Positions 25,126 to 38,329 of a DNA stretch of 64,000 nucleotides are shown piece after piece; position 1 is the stretch's first letter; each line of letters starts with the position of its first letter. The position numbers and the translations under genes are program-made. The stretch comes from Octopus bimaculoides. Its lineage: Eukaryota. The stretch is taken from the NCBI RefSeq assembly GCF_001194135.2, contig NC_068981.1:124809653-124873652 (forward strand), in the 5' to 3' direction. The notes beneath the pieces are model-generated. The model made no database searches and was not told the origin of the DNA. It was given only the letters and a program-made list of their open reading frames with translations.

Positions 25126-26184
25126 ATTATTAAAAGGATTAATTGTAATTTGTAAATGATAAGAAATGCAGTAAGCCTATCATTTGTTAATGCCTGCATT
25201 TTACATATTGGATGTGAATGTGACTGTGGAACAGTTCCTTCTACATCTACCAACAGCAAGATTAACATTCATATAGCAGGGACAGCAAAGAAAAGTTCAT
25301 AATTGTTTGCAGTTTCACTGCAAGAACTCTTATTTACCAGAAGCTAATAAAAGTCAGCCTTGCCAGAAAAGAGCAACTAACTTTATTCGAGAATATAATT
25401 GATCATTTGTCAATGACATCATTATTAGTGATGGAAGTGTTGACAGTAGAATAAAAAAAAGAAAAGAAAAGAAAACTAACAAATAACTCATATCTAATAT
25501 TTTTCCCTGCAAATGTTCTATCTGAACATGAACTATAGCAATAACACTATTAAAAGAGACACTAAAGGGCATGGGCATAGTTTCTTATCCTTATCTTCCA
25601 CAAACTAATATTTTTATTTATTCATTTATTTTTAATCATTTTCCTCATTTCAAAATAACCTACATCTCTTTAAGACACTGCATCAGTTGATGCAATGTTG
25701 GCTTTTTTTTTTTTTTTTTATTACATGCATTCGTGATCCTTAATAAAAGCTTTGGATTTGTCAAGCTGAACTCAAGTCCATCGCTTTATGTAATCAACCC
25801 AGATCACCATACCCTTCGCATTCTCCATTTACTTATTCTTGGTAAATATGTCATTCAAGGTCGTTACTCTGGGCCTGTCAGCCTTGGGTTATGCTTGTAT
25901 TTGACAATAGATCAAATGTTTACCAAAACAGAGTATGACGTTTCATCGCTTTGATATGTGACATATTTAAGTTACATATTTAGAATCACAGGTAGCATTT
26001 CAATTCAGTAACTCTCAGACTTTTATGTCAGTACATGCTCTGACATACATTATGAAATATGGATGGTATTAAGGGTCAACAGGGATTTGATTCCATTAAT
26101 AAAACTCATTCTATTTGTTGTCTTTCCATATCATTTCCAAGCGATGTACCTTCAATACATTACTATTTTGTTGAAGTTAGGGCA

Positions 26185-26540
26185 TCATCATTTAATGTCC
26201 AATGTCCATTCTGGCATGGGTTGGACGGTCTGATCAGGCTGGCATGCTGGAAGGCTGCACCAGACTCCTGTCTGATTTGGCATGGTTTTCTACAGTTGGA
26301 TGCCCTTCCTAACACCAACCACTCCAATAGTGTAATGGGTGCTTTTAAATGCGACTGTCATGGGTACCATTTGCGTGACACCGGGGTGCTTTTACGTTCC
26401 ACTGACATGGGTGCTAATTTGCATGACACCAGTATCTGTCACGACTGTGATTTTGCTCAGCTTGATGAGTCTTCCCAAGCACGACATAATGCCAAAGGTC
26501 TCAGACATTGCTTCCATGAGGCCCAAAGCTTGAAAGGATC
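26185..26540 (-). mobile_element. Short RTE-tail retroposon
   Basis: catcatcatttaatgtcc..ggcatgggttggacgg..gatgcccttcctaacaccaacc; similar to 4805-5445. Confidence 0.8.
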
Positions 26541-27379
26541 TCAGGACATCCTAATATAATGTGGTGTATTGTTTCAGAAAATAAGCCACAAAGGAGACAT
26601 TTGTCATCTATTTGTACAAGATATAGATATTCCTTTCAATAAATTCAGCAGTGAGGGCCTGTTCATGTATTCAGCATGCCGTTATGTTCTCCATTCAAGC
26701 CAAATTTCTTTATCTAGATGATGGATGGATGGATGCATATATGGGTGAGTGAATGGATGCATGTGTGCATGCATGCATAAATGAATGAATGAATGCATAC
26801 ATTCATATATACATGCATGCATGCATGCGGAACAAAATAACAAAATAAGAGAAATAACTCAGAGTGACCAGAAGCATGTATTTGAATAGACAAATAGAGG
26901 TACATCAAATACCATACAACATAAATTTTTGGTTTATTAAAATCATCTCTGCCTCTAGAGAAAATGTCATAATTATCAAATAGCAATTAAGACCAGCCAC
27001 ATATCAGGAGGGGAGATAATCTCAAGAATCACAAATTTTCCCAAGTTGGTGTGATTGAGGAAAAGGGCTTATTGTCTGGAGATAAGAGGACAGTTGTGAA
27101 CACATTTCTACCTCAGTCGATGTCATCAGAAAGACATTTGTCATTGTAGTGGTGGTGGTGGTGGTCCAAAATGTCAAAACACTGACTGACCTTAGCTTTT
27201 TCATTGTTCACCAAAGATGAGTTATGTGCCATCGGGATGTCTGCTTTTGTTACTGCTTTAAGGCTTACTCTAATCCAATTCCTTCTAAGCATTTTGTTAC
27301 TGCACACTTAGCAACAAGTTCACATAGCAGGTCTTTTTGTAAGTTGGAAATATGGAGGGGGCAACATTAAATAATTACC

Positions 27380-27608
27380 TTAACCCTTTAATGTTCGCAT
27401 TATTCTGTCAAAATTAATGCTTTTTCATCTACATTGTTTTGAACTAATCATACATTATCTTATAGCTATGAGATTTTGATGAGGTAGCTGTTAATTTTTA
27501 AAAGAATATTGTAGGGTTGGTGTGAGAGACCAGATCTGGCCAGTTTGAACATGAAACAGGCAGAATACTTTTGGCCGGATATGGCCGGTTTAAATGCTGA
27601 AGGGTTAA
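27380..27608. mobile_element. Complete TTAA-flanked MITE (piggyBac-like)
   Basis: TTAA|CCCTTTAATGTT...AAATGCTGAAGGG|TTAA; CCCT termini with TTAA duplication are the piggyBac signature. Confidence 0.85.
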
Positions 27609-28975
27609 TGCATTGCTTACTGACAAGTAGGTATCTAGTAATGTATCTAGTCCAGTGTCACAGAGCTGAGTTATGGTTGGCATTGCAAATACATTCATGT
27701 AGGATTCAAGATTAGCTTGTTTTATGGCCCAACTTAAAGGTAAAATATCACAGGGTGAAATGAAGAACAGACTATCCCAGTAGATATTCCTATAAGGCTA
27801 GAATCCAATTCAGTCTCACTGAAGCAAACTTCTTAATCACATGGTCATGGCTACATCAGAAGTAATTATTAAACAGTAGAACACCAAATTAAATAAAACA
27901 CCTTCCAACATTTAGTTTGTTGTTCTGCAATCTAAATTCAGACCTAAATCACTCTGCAATCTAGATTCAAACCTAAATGTTTTTCATGCCTTCTGGCTCA
28001 ATAAAATAAGTAACAATCAAATATAAGACTTAATTCTTTTCTTGTAAATTTATGGCTTTCAGCCAAAGATATTATTATTATAATTATTACTGGCAAATAT
28101 AGTGGTTTACTGGACAATGTCTTAGAGTAGTTGTTTACTAACCCACTGAGCTTTGAATTATATCTTCCCAGAATCAATAAAATAATAGGTTGATTTCTTT
28201 AACAAAACTGGTGTTCATATATCAAAAGAAACCACTTTGAAGTGATGTGGGCAACTGCTAAGTCTATGATTCAGATTCAATAGTTTATTAATTTTACTTA
28301 GGTCAATGGATTTGCAGAAACAGTACTGTACCAAGCAAAATATATAGTTAGTATTTAGTTACAACTAATTACATTCTGAGTTCAAATGTTGCCTTTTAAC
28401 CCTCAGGGGTAGAAGAGAAATACCAGTCAATTTACTGGGATCAACAATATAGCTGAAAGAAAATAACTCTGGGGTGTTCTGAATACTAAATACATATGAA
28501 ACTAATAGAACACACAGGAAATTTTCAGTTAACTGAGATTTTCAAATTAAATATTTTGTTTTAAACTAAAAAACAGGGGAGCTAAGTACAATAAGATCAG
28601 CTGATCAAAAGTTTTGAAAAATATAGACAATGCAGAATGGATATAATTGACTATGCCCTTCCTACTAAATTTACATACAAGTGAGTATGTTAAAAATCAA
28701 TGGGAATCAACATTTGTTTTTGGTTGGTTTTTCTTTTTTTCTTTCTTTCTTTTTTTAGTATTTGGGGTTTTTTGTTTGTTTTTGTTTTTTTGGTTTATTT
28801 TCTCCAATGCTCCAATAAGAAGGTGCCTTACTTGTAGCCTGCATTTTTCTGTAGGTGCTACATTCAAAAAATTATTATTATTACTGACAGCAGCATTAGT
28901 GGCAGATGAAATGTCATGCTGTATTTATTCCAGCACCTTGTGTTCTTGATTCAGATTCCACAGTAGGTGTGTGGG

Positions 28976-29006
<31 letters not shown>

Positions 29007-29299
29007 TATGACAAGCTTCTTTCAGTTTCCATCTACCAAATCCACTCATAAGTTTTTGGTCAGTTCGAGACTATAGAAGACATTTGCCCAAGGTGCTACA
29101 CAGTGTAACTGGACCCCAAACCATGTTGTTTGGAAGCAAACTTCTTACCACACAGCCATGCCTTGTTTTATTTGTTTTTTTTTTCTCACCTTTCCATCCA
29201 TAAGGCTGTTGTAAAAGATATGTGCTCAATGCGCCACACAATGGAATTAAACCTGAAACTGTATAGTACCAAAGCATTACTTCTTAGCAACAGTTGTGT

Positions 29300-30640
29300 T
29301 TGTTTCACTGGATGGTTCATGTTCATCTTCAACAATTGCAACAAAATGACTGCAGGGGAAACACAAGGCGGAGAAATTTCAGAAGGGGTGATACTTTATG
29401 GGGAAAAAGATTGGAAGAAAAAGCTGATATAGGCTAACGGGAGGTGAATTTAAGCTATAGCTGAAGAGAACAAAGGAAAGGTGTTTTGGGCAGGTTTGGC
29501 TGAAGGAGGTATGCAACCACCAAGCACCAAGAAGCAGTAGCTACTGTAGTAGTGGTAGAAAAACAAATGTGAAGAGTTAGCGCATCTCTGAGCAAGAAAT
29601 TAAGATGTATTGGTCAATGATTCCATGTCAATCAGATATGTGGCTTTCTTTTGAAAGTAGCCTTAGATGTTTGTATGGGTAGTAGTAACAGCTTTATCCT
29701 CAACACCAGGTGTATGGGAGCTATTTTCTAGAGCGTGACTCACTTGAGCTTTGTAAAATGTCAGTAATTGTTCAAAACTGAAGCATTTTCTGTTCCTAAA
29801 GAGGAGAAATAGTCTTTGGGGTACAGCTTTGCTAAAGGGGCATACCCACCAATTATATTCCACACTCATAAAAAACAAAACAAAAAAAAAAAGAAACACC
29901 CTTTGCACTCAAAATTATTTTGGTTTGATCCTACTTTGCAACATTACTTTCGCAGTGAATCAATTCAATGATTTGGTTTTGTATCAATTTTTTAATTAGA
30001 ATTTGAATCACTTTTCTTTTGTTTTTCCTTTTTACCATATATATNNNNNNNNNNNNNNNNNNNNNNNNNNNNNNNNNNNNNNNNNNNNNNNNNNNNNNNN
30101 NNNNNNNNNNNNNNNNNNNNNNNNNNNNNNNNNNNNNNNNNNNNNNNNNNNNNNNNNNNNNNNNNNNNNNNNNNNNNNNNNNNNNNNNNNNNNNNNNNNN
30201 NNNNNNNNNNNNNNNNNNNNNNNNNNNNNNNNNNNNNNNNNNNNNNNNNNNNNNNNNNNNNNNNNNNNNNNNNNNNNNNNNNNNNNNNNNNNNNNNNNNN
30301 NNNNNNNNNNNNNNNNNNNNNNNNNNNNNNNNNNNNNNNNNNNNNNNNNNNNNNNNNNNNNNNNNNNNNNNNNNNNNNNNNNNNNNNNNNNNNNNNNNNN
30401 NNNNNNNNNNNNNNNNNNNNNNNNNNNNNNNNNNNNNNNNNNNNNNNNNNNNNNNNNNNNNNNNNNNNNNNNNNNNNNNNNNNNNNNNNNNNNNNNNNNN
30501 NNNNNNNNNNNNNNNNNNNNNNNNNNNNNNNNNNNNNNNNNNNNNNNNNNNNNNNNNNNNNNNNNNNNNNNNNNNNNNNNNNNNNNNNNNNNNNNNTTCT
30601 AATTCCCCTTGTACTCCCATACGTCCAAGAATAGACTTTT
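29300..30640 (-). mobile_element. Decayed CR1-group LINE 3' part, probably spanning the gap
   Basis: LFLLFRNRKCFSFEQLLTFYKAQVSHALENSSH resembles the post-RT CR1-type motif (LLTLYKAQIRPSLEYCSHIW); further decayed motifs follow. Confidence 0.65.
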
Positions 30641-31761
30641 TTTGTTTTTGTTAACTAAGACAACTAGAATAAGCTTCAGCTCCGAAAAAATAATAATCTC
30701 TATTGAGTGTACTGAGTACTTTTTTTTCAATTCTTTTTTTTTTTTTTTCTCCTTTAATTAGGATAAATATCTCAATGATCTTAAGTTTGCTAGTATTGAG
30801 GTCAAAAAATATCCAGCTTTGCAATTTAGCCATAATACTATCTGAAAATAATTGTTATGAATGAAATACTTATGTCGTCATCATATTAGAGTACACTTGG
30901 AATATACAACTACAATACAAAACCTTGTATTATGTGTTCTTTCACCAGCCCCCAGATAAACAAAAAGCTAACCCAGTCTCAGTGGTAGCTGAAGTCTGGA
31001 ACATGGAGCACTACAGTAGTTATACCAATAAGATAGGGTTCTTTAGTCAACCAATTCCACCACTACAATTTAGCAACAAGTTATATTTTTGAATTGATAC
31101 AAGTAAAGGTTTTTGAATACTCCAAGAGGAATTAAGAAATCTCAACATTTAGCTCCAGTTTAATGGCATTAAGTCAGCCAGATATTTATATAAATCACCC
31201 TAAAATGGGCTACAGTCTATAGTGGTTAATAAACCCAGAAGGTTTGATATAAATTGTTGATAGATGAATTTAAATATAAAATGTAAACATGTCTATAAAT
31301 ATATATATAATTCTATTTCAATTCTAGCATGGGTGGGGTACATTTTTGCAACTTAAGTTGTTTACAAATTGTTGGAATAAGTATTTTTACAACTGGTTGT
31401 CCTTATTATTTAATAATATAATGTACTATAGGGTATACATCTACAGTATCTACAAGTCTTAGTTACAGTGTGTGTGTGTGTGTACATGCGTGTAATCGAA
31501 CACATCAGGCAGATGTAAACAAATACCTACACAATCACCAAACAGGCAGAAAAAGGCCATCAATCTGAACCGTTTTGGTGGCACTTGGGACAGTTCTTCA
31601 GAGAAGGTGACAGTTGTCTTCTGTTGACAAAGAAATCGTATATAGTCCCTGTTATAAAGGACTTTACTCAAATAGCGCTTAGCTGACAGCTAATTAATCA
31701 TTAAAGCACTAAGCAGAAGGTTTTTAGACAATACAAATATACTACCACATATAGCTATATT

Positions 31762-31804
<43 letters not shown>

Positions 31805-31814
31805 NNNNNNNNNN

Positions 31815-31859
<45 letters not shown>
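31762..31859. repeat. (TAG)n microsatellite with internal gap
   Basis: Pure gta repeats either side of 10 N. Confidence 0.95.
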
Positions 31860-32247
31860 CAAGTCTTAGCCAATACTCTCCACCCCCATGATCTCTCCCT
31901 CTCTCTCTCTGTCATTGAACACACCAGGCAAAATGTAAACAAATCTCTACTTAACCATAAATATTTATGATAAGTTGCAGGCTGAATAAAGAGCTTAGGA
32001 ATAATAAAATAACTGCATAACATTTGAACTCGGCACTTAATGGGCAATGGGTTAGTGGGCCAGCTCCTTGGCCTCACACACACTGTGACCCAACTGCTAT
32101 TTTTCAAACATAACTAGTGAAGTCATGTTCTCATTCAGAGGAACATTACTTTTTAATGTGTATAGGCTTGTGTTTGCAGGGTCTTTTGTTTGTTTGTTTT
32201 TTTCTTGACAGAAAAATCAAGTTTTTACAATAAAGAAATACACATAC

Positions 32248-32360
32248 CAGCAATTCTTCTAAAGATGTATTGCATTTTTCTAAATTGATACGTTTGATGG
32301 CAATCTTTTCGTTCCTAGGGCGGCAATACGCAGCTTGCACCACTGCAGTAGCTCCTGCAC
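32248..32360 (-). CDS. OXSR1/STK39: OSR1/SPAK-family kinase exon (Gly-rich loop, beta3 Lys)
   Basis: 113 nt, attctttcag acceptor, CTG|gtatgt donor. Reads (G)[37 protein letters not shown]. Confidence 0.97.
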
Positions 32361-33428
32361 CTGAAAGAATTGAACAAGAAGAGAAAACAAAGTTAAATGT
32401 AGAATGAGAGTTGACCTTGAAAAGTTATTTAAGGAAAGGTAAAAAAAAGAAAAAATCATTTTCATCTAATTGTGAGAAGTTCCCATACTTAATGGCAGTT
32501 ATGACATTGTATGGAACCGACTGAAATTTTTAACAATTTGTATCTCATCACTTAACTCTCATTGGCTAAGACAGCTGGACTATATATCAATACTAAAAAC
32601 AAACCACTATATCACTACTGCACTTACTTATCACTCTATCTCTCTCTTTCTTATGTCGTTATCTTCATTACCATCATTAAATGCTAACTTTTCCAATGCT
32701 TGCATGGGTTAGAGAAAGTTTATTCGAGTCAGATTTTCTATGACCAAATGCCCTTCCTTTTTGCCAACGCTCACCTCTTTCCAAGCAAGGTAATATTTCC
32801 CCATGGCCAGACATGTTTTCACAGAATATTGGAAATGAATAACACAGCTTGTATGACAGTGGCCTTCATTTGCAACTATCATGAGACACATATACACACC
32901 AGGCTTCTTTCAGTTTCAGTTTCCATCTACCAAATCTGCTTGCAAGGCTTTGGCCAGCCCCAGGCTAGAGTAGAAGACACTTGCTCTCACACACACATAA
33001 ATTACCATTTTTTCTTTAACAAAAGAAAATAATAAGTGGAGTAGAAAAGATCTGGCTTCAAATTATCTGAAACAATCTGTCAAACTAAACACACAAATGA
33101 CATTGAACACCTGGCAAAAGAAAATTGAAAAGGTGATTAAACAGAAAGACTTCTGATTGAGGGTCCTCTCAATCTGATTACCTGGTGCTAAAGTACATGC
33201 AGATACATGACCATTATTTGATGGTCTTATGCACTTGAGATCTCCTGAGGCTTAACTTGGATATTTTCCATGAAAGTTCAACTTTTCATGAGTTGGTCAG
33301 TACAATGTACACCTGAACTACCCTTCGCTTTTTTTCAAATAATTTGTAGTGTGTCACTTACATACACATATAATTTGTATTGTGTGTCACTTACATATAC
33401 ATACACACACAATTTGATTATCTAGTAA

Positions 33429-33470
<42 letters not shown>

Positions 33471-33471
<1 letters not shown>

Positions 33472-34550
33472 TAGCTTAAAAGCTGCCCTATCGGGTAGCT
33501 TTAAGTTAGCTCCTGTGGAGGGCTCTTCATTGGGCCTTGAGCCCAACAATGACACTTCATGCATTGAGTACATATTAAATTTTATTAAACTTAACCAATA
33601 ATTTTCAAGCAATGAACAATTTTCATCAGAACAATGATATAATTTGTCAACTTGGAACTTATTGCAAAGCTGCATGATCAACAACATTTTTTGTCTTCCC
33701 ATTTGGGGTCAGTACAAATAGCTTGTTTCCATTCCCTACACTTGAACAACCAATATATAGCTGGCCGCAGGCAAGAATAAACTTACCTTTTTAAAGTTCA
33801 ACGATAATTCTTTTGCCGCCACTTAATTTAAAGACAATCTGATGTACATAGAGCCTTACTTTTCGTACAAACAATTATTTGTAGTAGCTAGTATGTATCT
33901 AATCTCCTGTTTGTAGTTTGATGGAAAATTACACCACTGTTGGTAAACACTATTTTGAAGTACAATTTTTACAGTTGGGAATTGCTCTAAACATATTTAA
34001 CCATAAAGATGATTGAAACTTAGTATTTTTTAACATAATAATAAAATTAGTCAATTCTATTTTCATGCAGTCAGAGTGCGCTAAGTTTCCATAGCTCTGA
34101 CAGCCAGCGGCATGAAAATAGGTCCGACAGATTTTATTACCTGAAAAAATACTAAGTTCCTGACATTTTTATAGTAGAGAGTTATGAGAGGTAATATTGT
34201 ATGAGAGAGGGAGTTCAATACATATTTCAGTTCCGAACATTATGAAGCATGCGTTATGGTTAAATTACTTGATACAGTTATAATATTTAGAGAAAAGATT
34301 TCTTCAAAATGTTAATTTTGGAAATTACTTTTGGAAATAGTTATAATATTTAGAGAAATAATTTTTTCAAAATGTTAGTATTAAGAAAAAACCAAGAATG
34401 AAGAATAGTAGAAGTGTCATTGAATAGTGAGAGATGGGTAAAGCATGGGGAATAGTAGAAGTGTCACTGAATAGTGAGAGAGAGAGTCGGGGGAGTAAAT
34501 CTGAAAAAGCGTGATACACTGACATTCGCTTTTGCATCTATTATTATCAC
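33471..34550 (-). mobile_element. Non-autonomous Helitron (about 1.08 kb) inside a (TA)n tract
   Basis: Minus strand ends in hairpin gctaccc-gata-gggcagc, 7 nt, then CTAG|T. 33659-33769 encodes CGQLYIGCSSVGNGNKLFVLTPNGKTKNVVDHAALQ*, like the RepHel PIF1 helicase C-terminus. The 5' boundary is inferred from the opposite TA tract. Confidence 0.85.
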
Positions 34551-34744
34551 ATATATATATATATATATATATATNNNNNNNNNNNNNNNNNNNNNNNNNN
34601 NNNNNNNNNNNNNNNNNNNNNNNNNNNNNNNNNNNNNNNNNNNNNNNNNNNNNNNNNNNNNNNNNNNNNNNNNNATATATATATATATATATATATATAG
34701 TTCAAATTTACAGAAAACAAAACATGAAGACAGGTGAGGGAGCA

Positions 34745-34820
34745 ACAAGCAGGTATATTAGTTTGACACTCAAGAAGAATGGAAAAGTTTTTGATGTTTC
34801 AAGCCTCTTCAACAGAAAGG
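34745..34820 (-). mobile_element. Penelope-like terminal fragment with degenerate hammerhead-like motif
   Basis: Minus strand ccttt-CTGTTGA-agaggctt-GAAACATC-aaaaac; homologous to 43608-43646. Confidence 0.5.
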
Positions 34821-35649
34821 ATTGAGAGGGGGGGAAATGGAGAGAGCACGAAAAAATGGAGAGAGAGAAAAAATGTGTAGGGGTTAACAGTTCAACATGA
34901 TGAAATGACCAGAAGAAATATAATGCCCTGGGTAATGACATTACACTACATCTGGTGGCACAGTTCCAGTTTGGGAGCACTGGAGTTTTGTGGGGAGTAT
35001 GGAGTCACCCCTTAATTACCATTACTCCCTGGTTCATTCTGACTCAGAACAATGGTACTTGTCAGGGCCTCATCTCTGAATGAAACAGATTTTTTATAAG
35101 GGTAGATTGAGCCCCTTATCTGCAATGAAAGCAATCAGTCAAAATAGAAAACTCCAAAGCCAAGAAACACACACCCTTTCCAATATGCCCTAACATAAAT
35201 GGCGGCAACTATTTTAATGATGGTGTGCATTCTACCACAGGTAGAGCTAGAGGGAAATGATTATATAAATATATAATCATGTATTTTTTAAAATCTTTTA
35301 GTCAGGTGACAAGGCAGTAACCAAGACCCTTTAAGGCCAATGAAATTGATGAGAGGGTATGTGTATGTATATCAGAGAGGGTGTGTATGTATACACACAC
35401 ATGCCATATATATATGTGTGTGTGTGTGAGCGCATATGATCTGTGTGTATGTGTTTGGCCACTATTAACTTCAAACTTGACAGAAATCTTTTCAACATAC
35501 AATTGCTGTGGGCAGTTGTATGCTCGAATCTTAACAGATCACTGACTTACAGAATACTGATGACTGCTCTTATAACTTACACTTCAGAAGCCCTACAAGT
35601 AATCATAACTTAAGAAAAAAAATTGTCAATGGTACACTGGCACAGCTCA

Positions 35650-36260
35650 CCTACCTGCCCACTTTTGTCAACTCAACACCAACAACTAGTCGCACCCATT
35701 CAATTCAGAAAGTGTGACCATATCATTTCCAACAACTGCACACTTGATGAAGTTTTCAACCACCTCAGGTAGGCCCCTATATCCTTTGAAAGGCCCAGAA
35801 AGAAAGATTTTCTATCCAACCATCTCAGCCGCCATACCCTAATTCTTATACACTGTATGAGTACAAGACATAGATCCCATGCAGCAAACACATTAAGAGC
35901 TTGAAGGTCTTTAATAATACTTCCAATCATTGGCAGGATAGGATTATGTGCACAAAAAAATCTTCTGCTGAACCAACACCAAAGAACCCATATTATATAC
36001 ATCAACTGAGATGGTTCAAAAATGCAGTAGACCTATCTGGTTTATGCCACCACCTCTCCCATAGGATCTTCTATAGCCATCTGCTTCTTGGTCAACGTGT
36101 GGCTAAAGGACTAAAGAAACTGTTGAATGGCCAAGTGAAGATCACTTTGAAAAGAAACAGCTTCAATCCTTCAAAAGTGCTTCACTGTTTGCCACTCATT
36201 TAGGCATTCCCAATGATGAAGGAAATTGACACACTCTCAATTCTACCAATAGAGACAGGC
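35650..36260 (+). mobile_element. Decayed RTE-clade LINE C-terminal fragment (second lineage)
   Basis: HWQDRIM..HQLRWF..HRIFYSHLLLGQRVAKGLKK resembles RTE QLRWxGHVxRM..RILYGxL..GxR. Confidence 0.6.
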
Positions 36261-38329
36261 ATAGAAGCATTGCATGTAACATTAGAATTGGCTCTTCCAA
36301 CTAAACACTTACATGTCCTGTCTGTAACTGAAGTTGTACAACAAGGATTAGGATGAAAGGAAAGATGATCCACAATGGATTTTCATTGGGCAACCATAAG
36401 CACATGCATGTGCATATTTACATGTGCATTTGTGTAAGGAGCACATGGGGCTGAAAGGAGATTGTTATCCAGTACAAGTGTTCTGATATCTCAGGAAACA
36501 ATTACTTAAAAGTAATTTTATAAAGACATACTTTCTTTGGGAGAGACACAGACAGGCAGAGAAAGAGAGAAACAGGCACACAAAGTGAGAGTGACAAGGC
36601 AGACATAGATACAGAAAATTCTTAGGATTTCCAAAAACATCCAGTTATTCATTTAATAATATACCAAAATATTTGTCTGTTTCTAATTTATTTAGTCTCT
36701 CGTTTGTTTATATATGCTCACATACCAAAATATAGTCTACAGTCAATTGAGTGCATGTGTGTGTGTATCACCATCATCATCAATGTCATCAGCATTTTAA
36801 CATCCCCTTTACTATGCTTGCATGAGCCACACATAACTTGTGGCAGATTTTCTCTAGCCCGACATTATTCCTATCAGCAACCCTCATGTTTCTAGGCAAG
36901 ATTAATATTCCTCTTAATGCTTCAAACAGCTCACTGACCAAATATATTTCCATCAAATATAGACCATTTGTATGAACAATGACTGTTTTTGATCAGTATA
37001 CAGATGTCAAGGCAAGAAGGAACACACGTGCACATGTGCTTCTTTACAGTTTCCATCTAATAATTCAGTCACAAGGCATTGGCCAGCTCGTGGCCACAGA
37101 TGACATCAGTCAACAGTGACAAAGTGGGGAAGAAACTTTATGCCATGTAGTTCCCATGTGAACATTTTAACCACTCAGCCATACACATGTGTAAGTGTTC
37201 AGAGTCTAACACTGTAATTCTCCAGTCATTAAAATATCAACACATTAAAAGACAAAATTTATAAATTCAACAAAATCAAGTTAATTCAGTAGTAAAAGAA
37301 ATACCAAATTTGAAAAGGAAATACATTTTGTTTCAAAAGACTTACTGAGACAAAATTATCACTGCAAAGAGAGAGGGGTGGAGTGCATCTTATATATGAG
37401 AAAGAAAAGAAGGAAAGACAGGAAGAGGTGAGAAGCAAAGACAAGTGATAGATAATGCAAAAAAAAAAAATAATACATAAATAAAATAACCCTAGAAATG
37501 GCAATGAACCACTTGATAACAGTAATAAAAGAAACAAACTAATGATTCCCTGAAAACATAAAGTGACATTACCAAATACCAGCTTAATTTTCTAATAACC
37601 TACTTCTTTAAGTCAACACACTGTCCTTGGCTTTGTTTTGTCTCAGTCACACAGCACATAAAATATCAATACACAATTCACATGTGTATTTTTCTCCAGG
37701 GGAATTATAGCTTGCTTAAAGTTAACAGCATCCTGAATTTCCAAAAAAAAAATTTTAATAGATTAAGAAATATTGGTGGTAATTGATAATCTATACCTGA
37801 ACAAAATTAGTCCTTCAGTTTACTTAAATATAAAGAACTGGTTCTTCTCACAAGGGAAAATCTCTAATTATAAAAAAAAAAGTTAAATTATTCATAATAA
37901 AGAAACAATATTCAAATATGAATTTGCCAATCTGTTTAAGACTATTCTCTATGTTTTAGGGTCTTTCAATTCTTTCAATGCAAGGAGTGATTTTAAAACA
38001 AAAATTTCAAACTGATGAATTTCATTTTGTTTTGTTCTGTTTAGCCCCATGTCAACCCCAAATTAAACAGACTTATGAACAAAGGCATTCCAGCCATGAC
38101 AATTTCAGTTTTTTCTCAAGTACAGTGCACCCAGAAAAACATTATTCAATGTGTTGGTTCTTTTCTAAGACACTAAAGTATGGTTTGAGGAGGATTTGGT
38201 TGCTATTTCTAAGTGGCCAGATAACAATCACACACAAACACAAAATTATGTGACAAAGTCAAGAAATGAAGATAACACAACTACTTCAATTTCAATAGGT
38301 CACTAGGATTAGTGTGATAGTGATGGTCT

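Noticed and set aside
26059-26559. 166-aa ORF, the longest without X
   Set aside because: Mostly the antisense strand of an RTE-tail retroposon; no recognisable protein motif.
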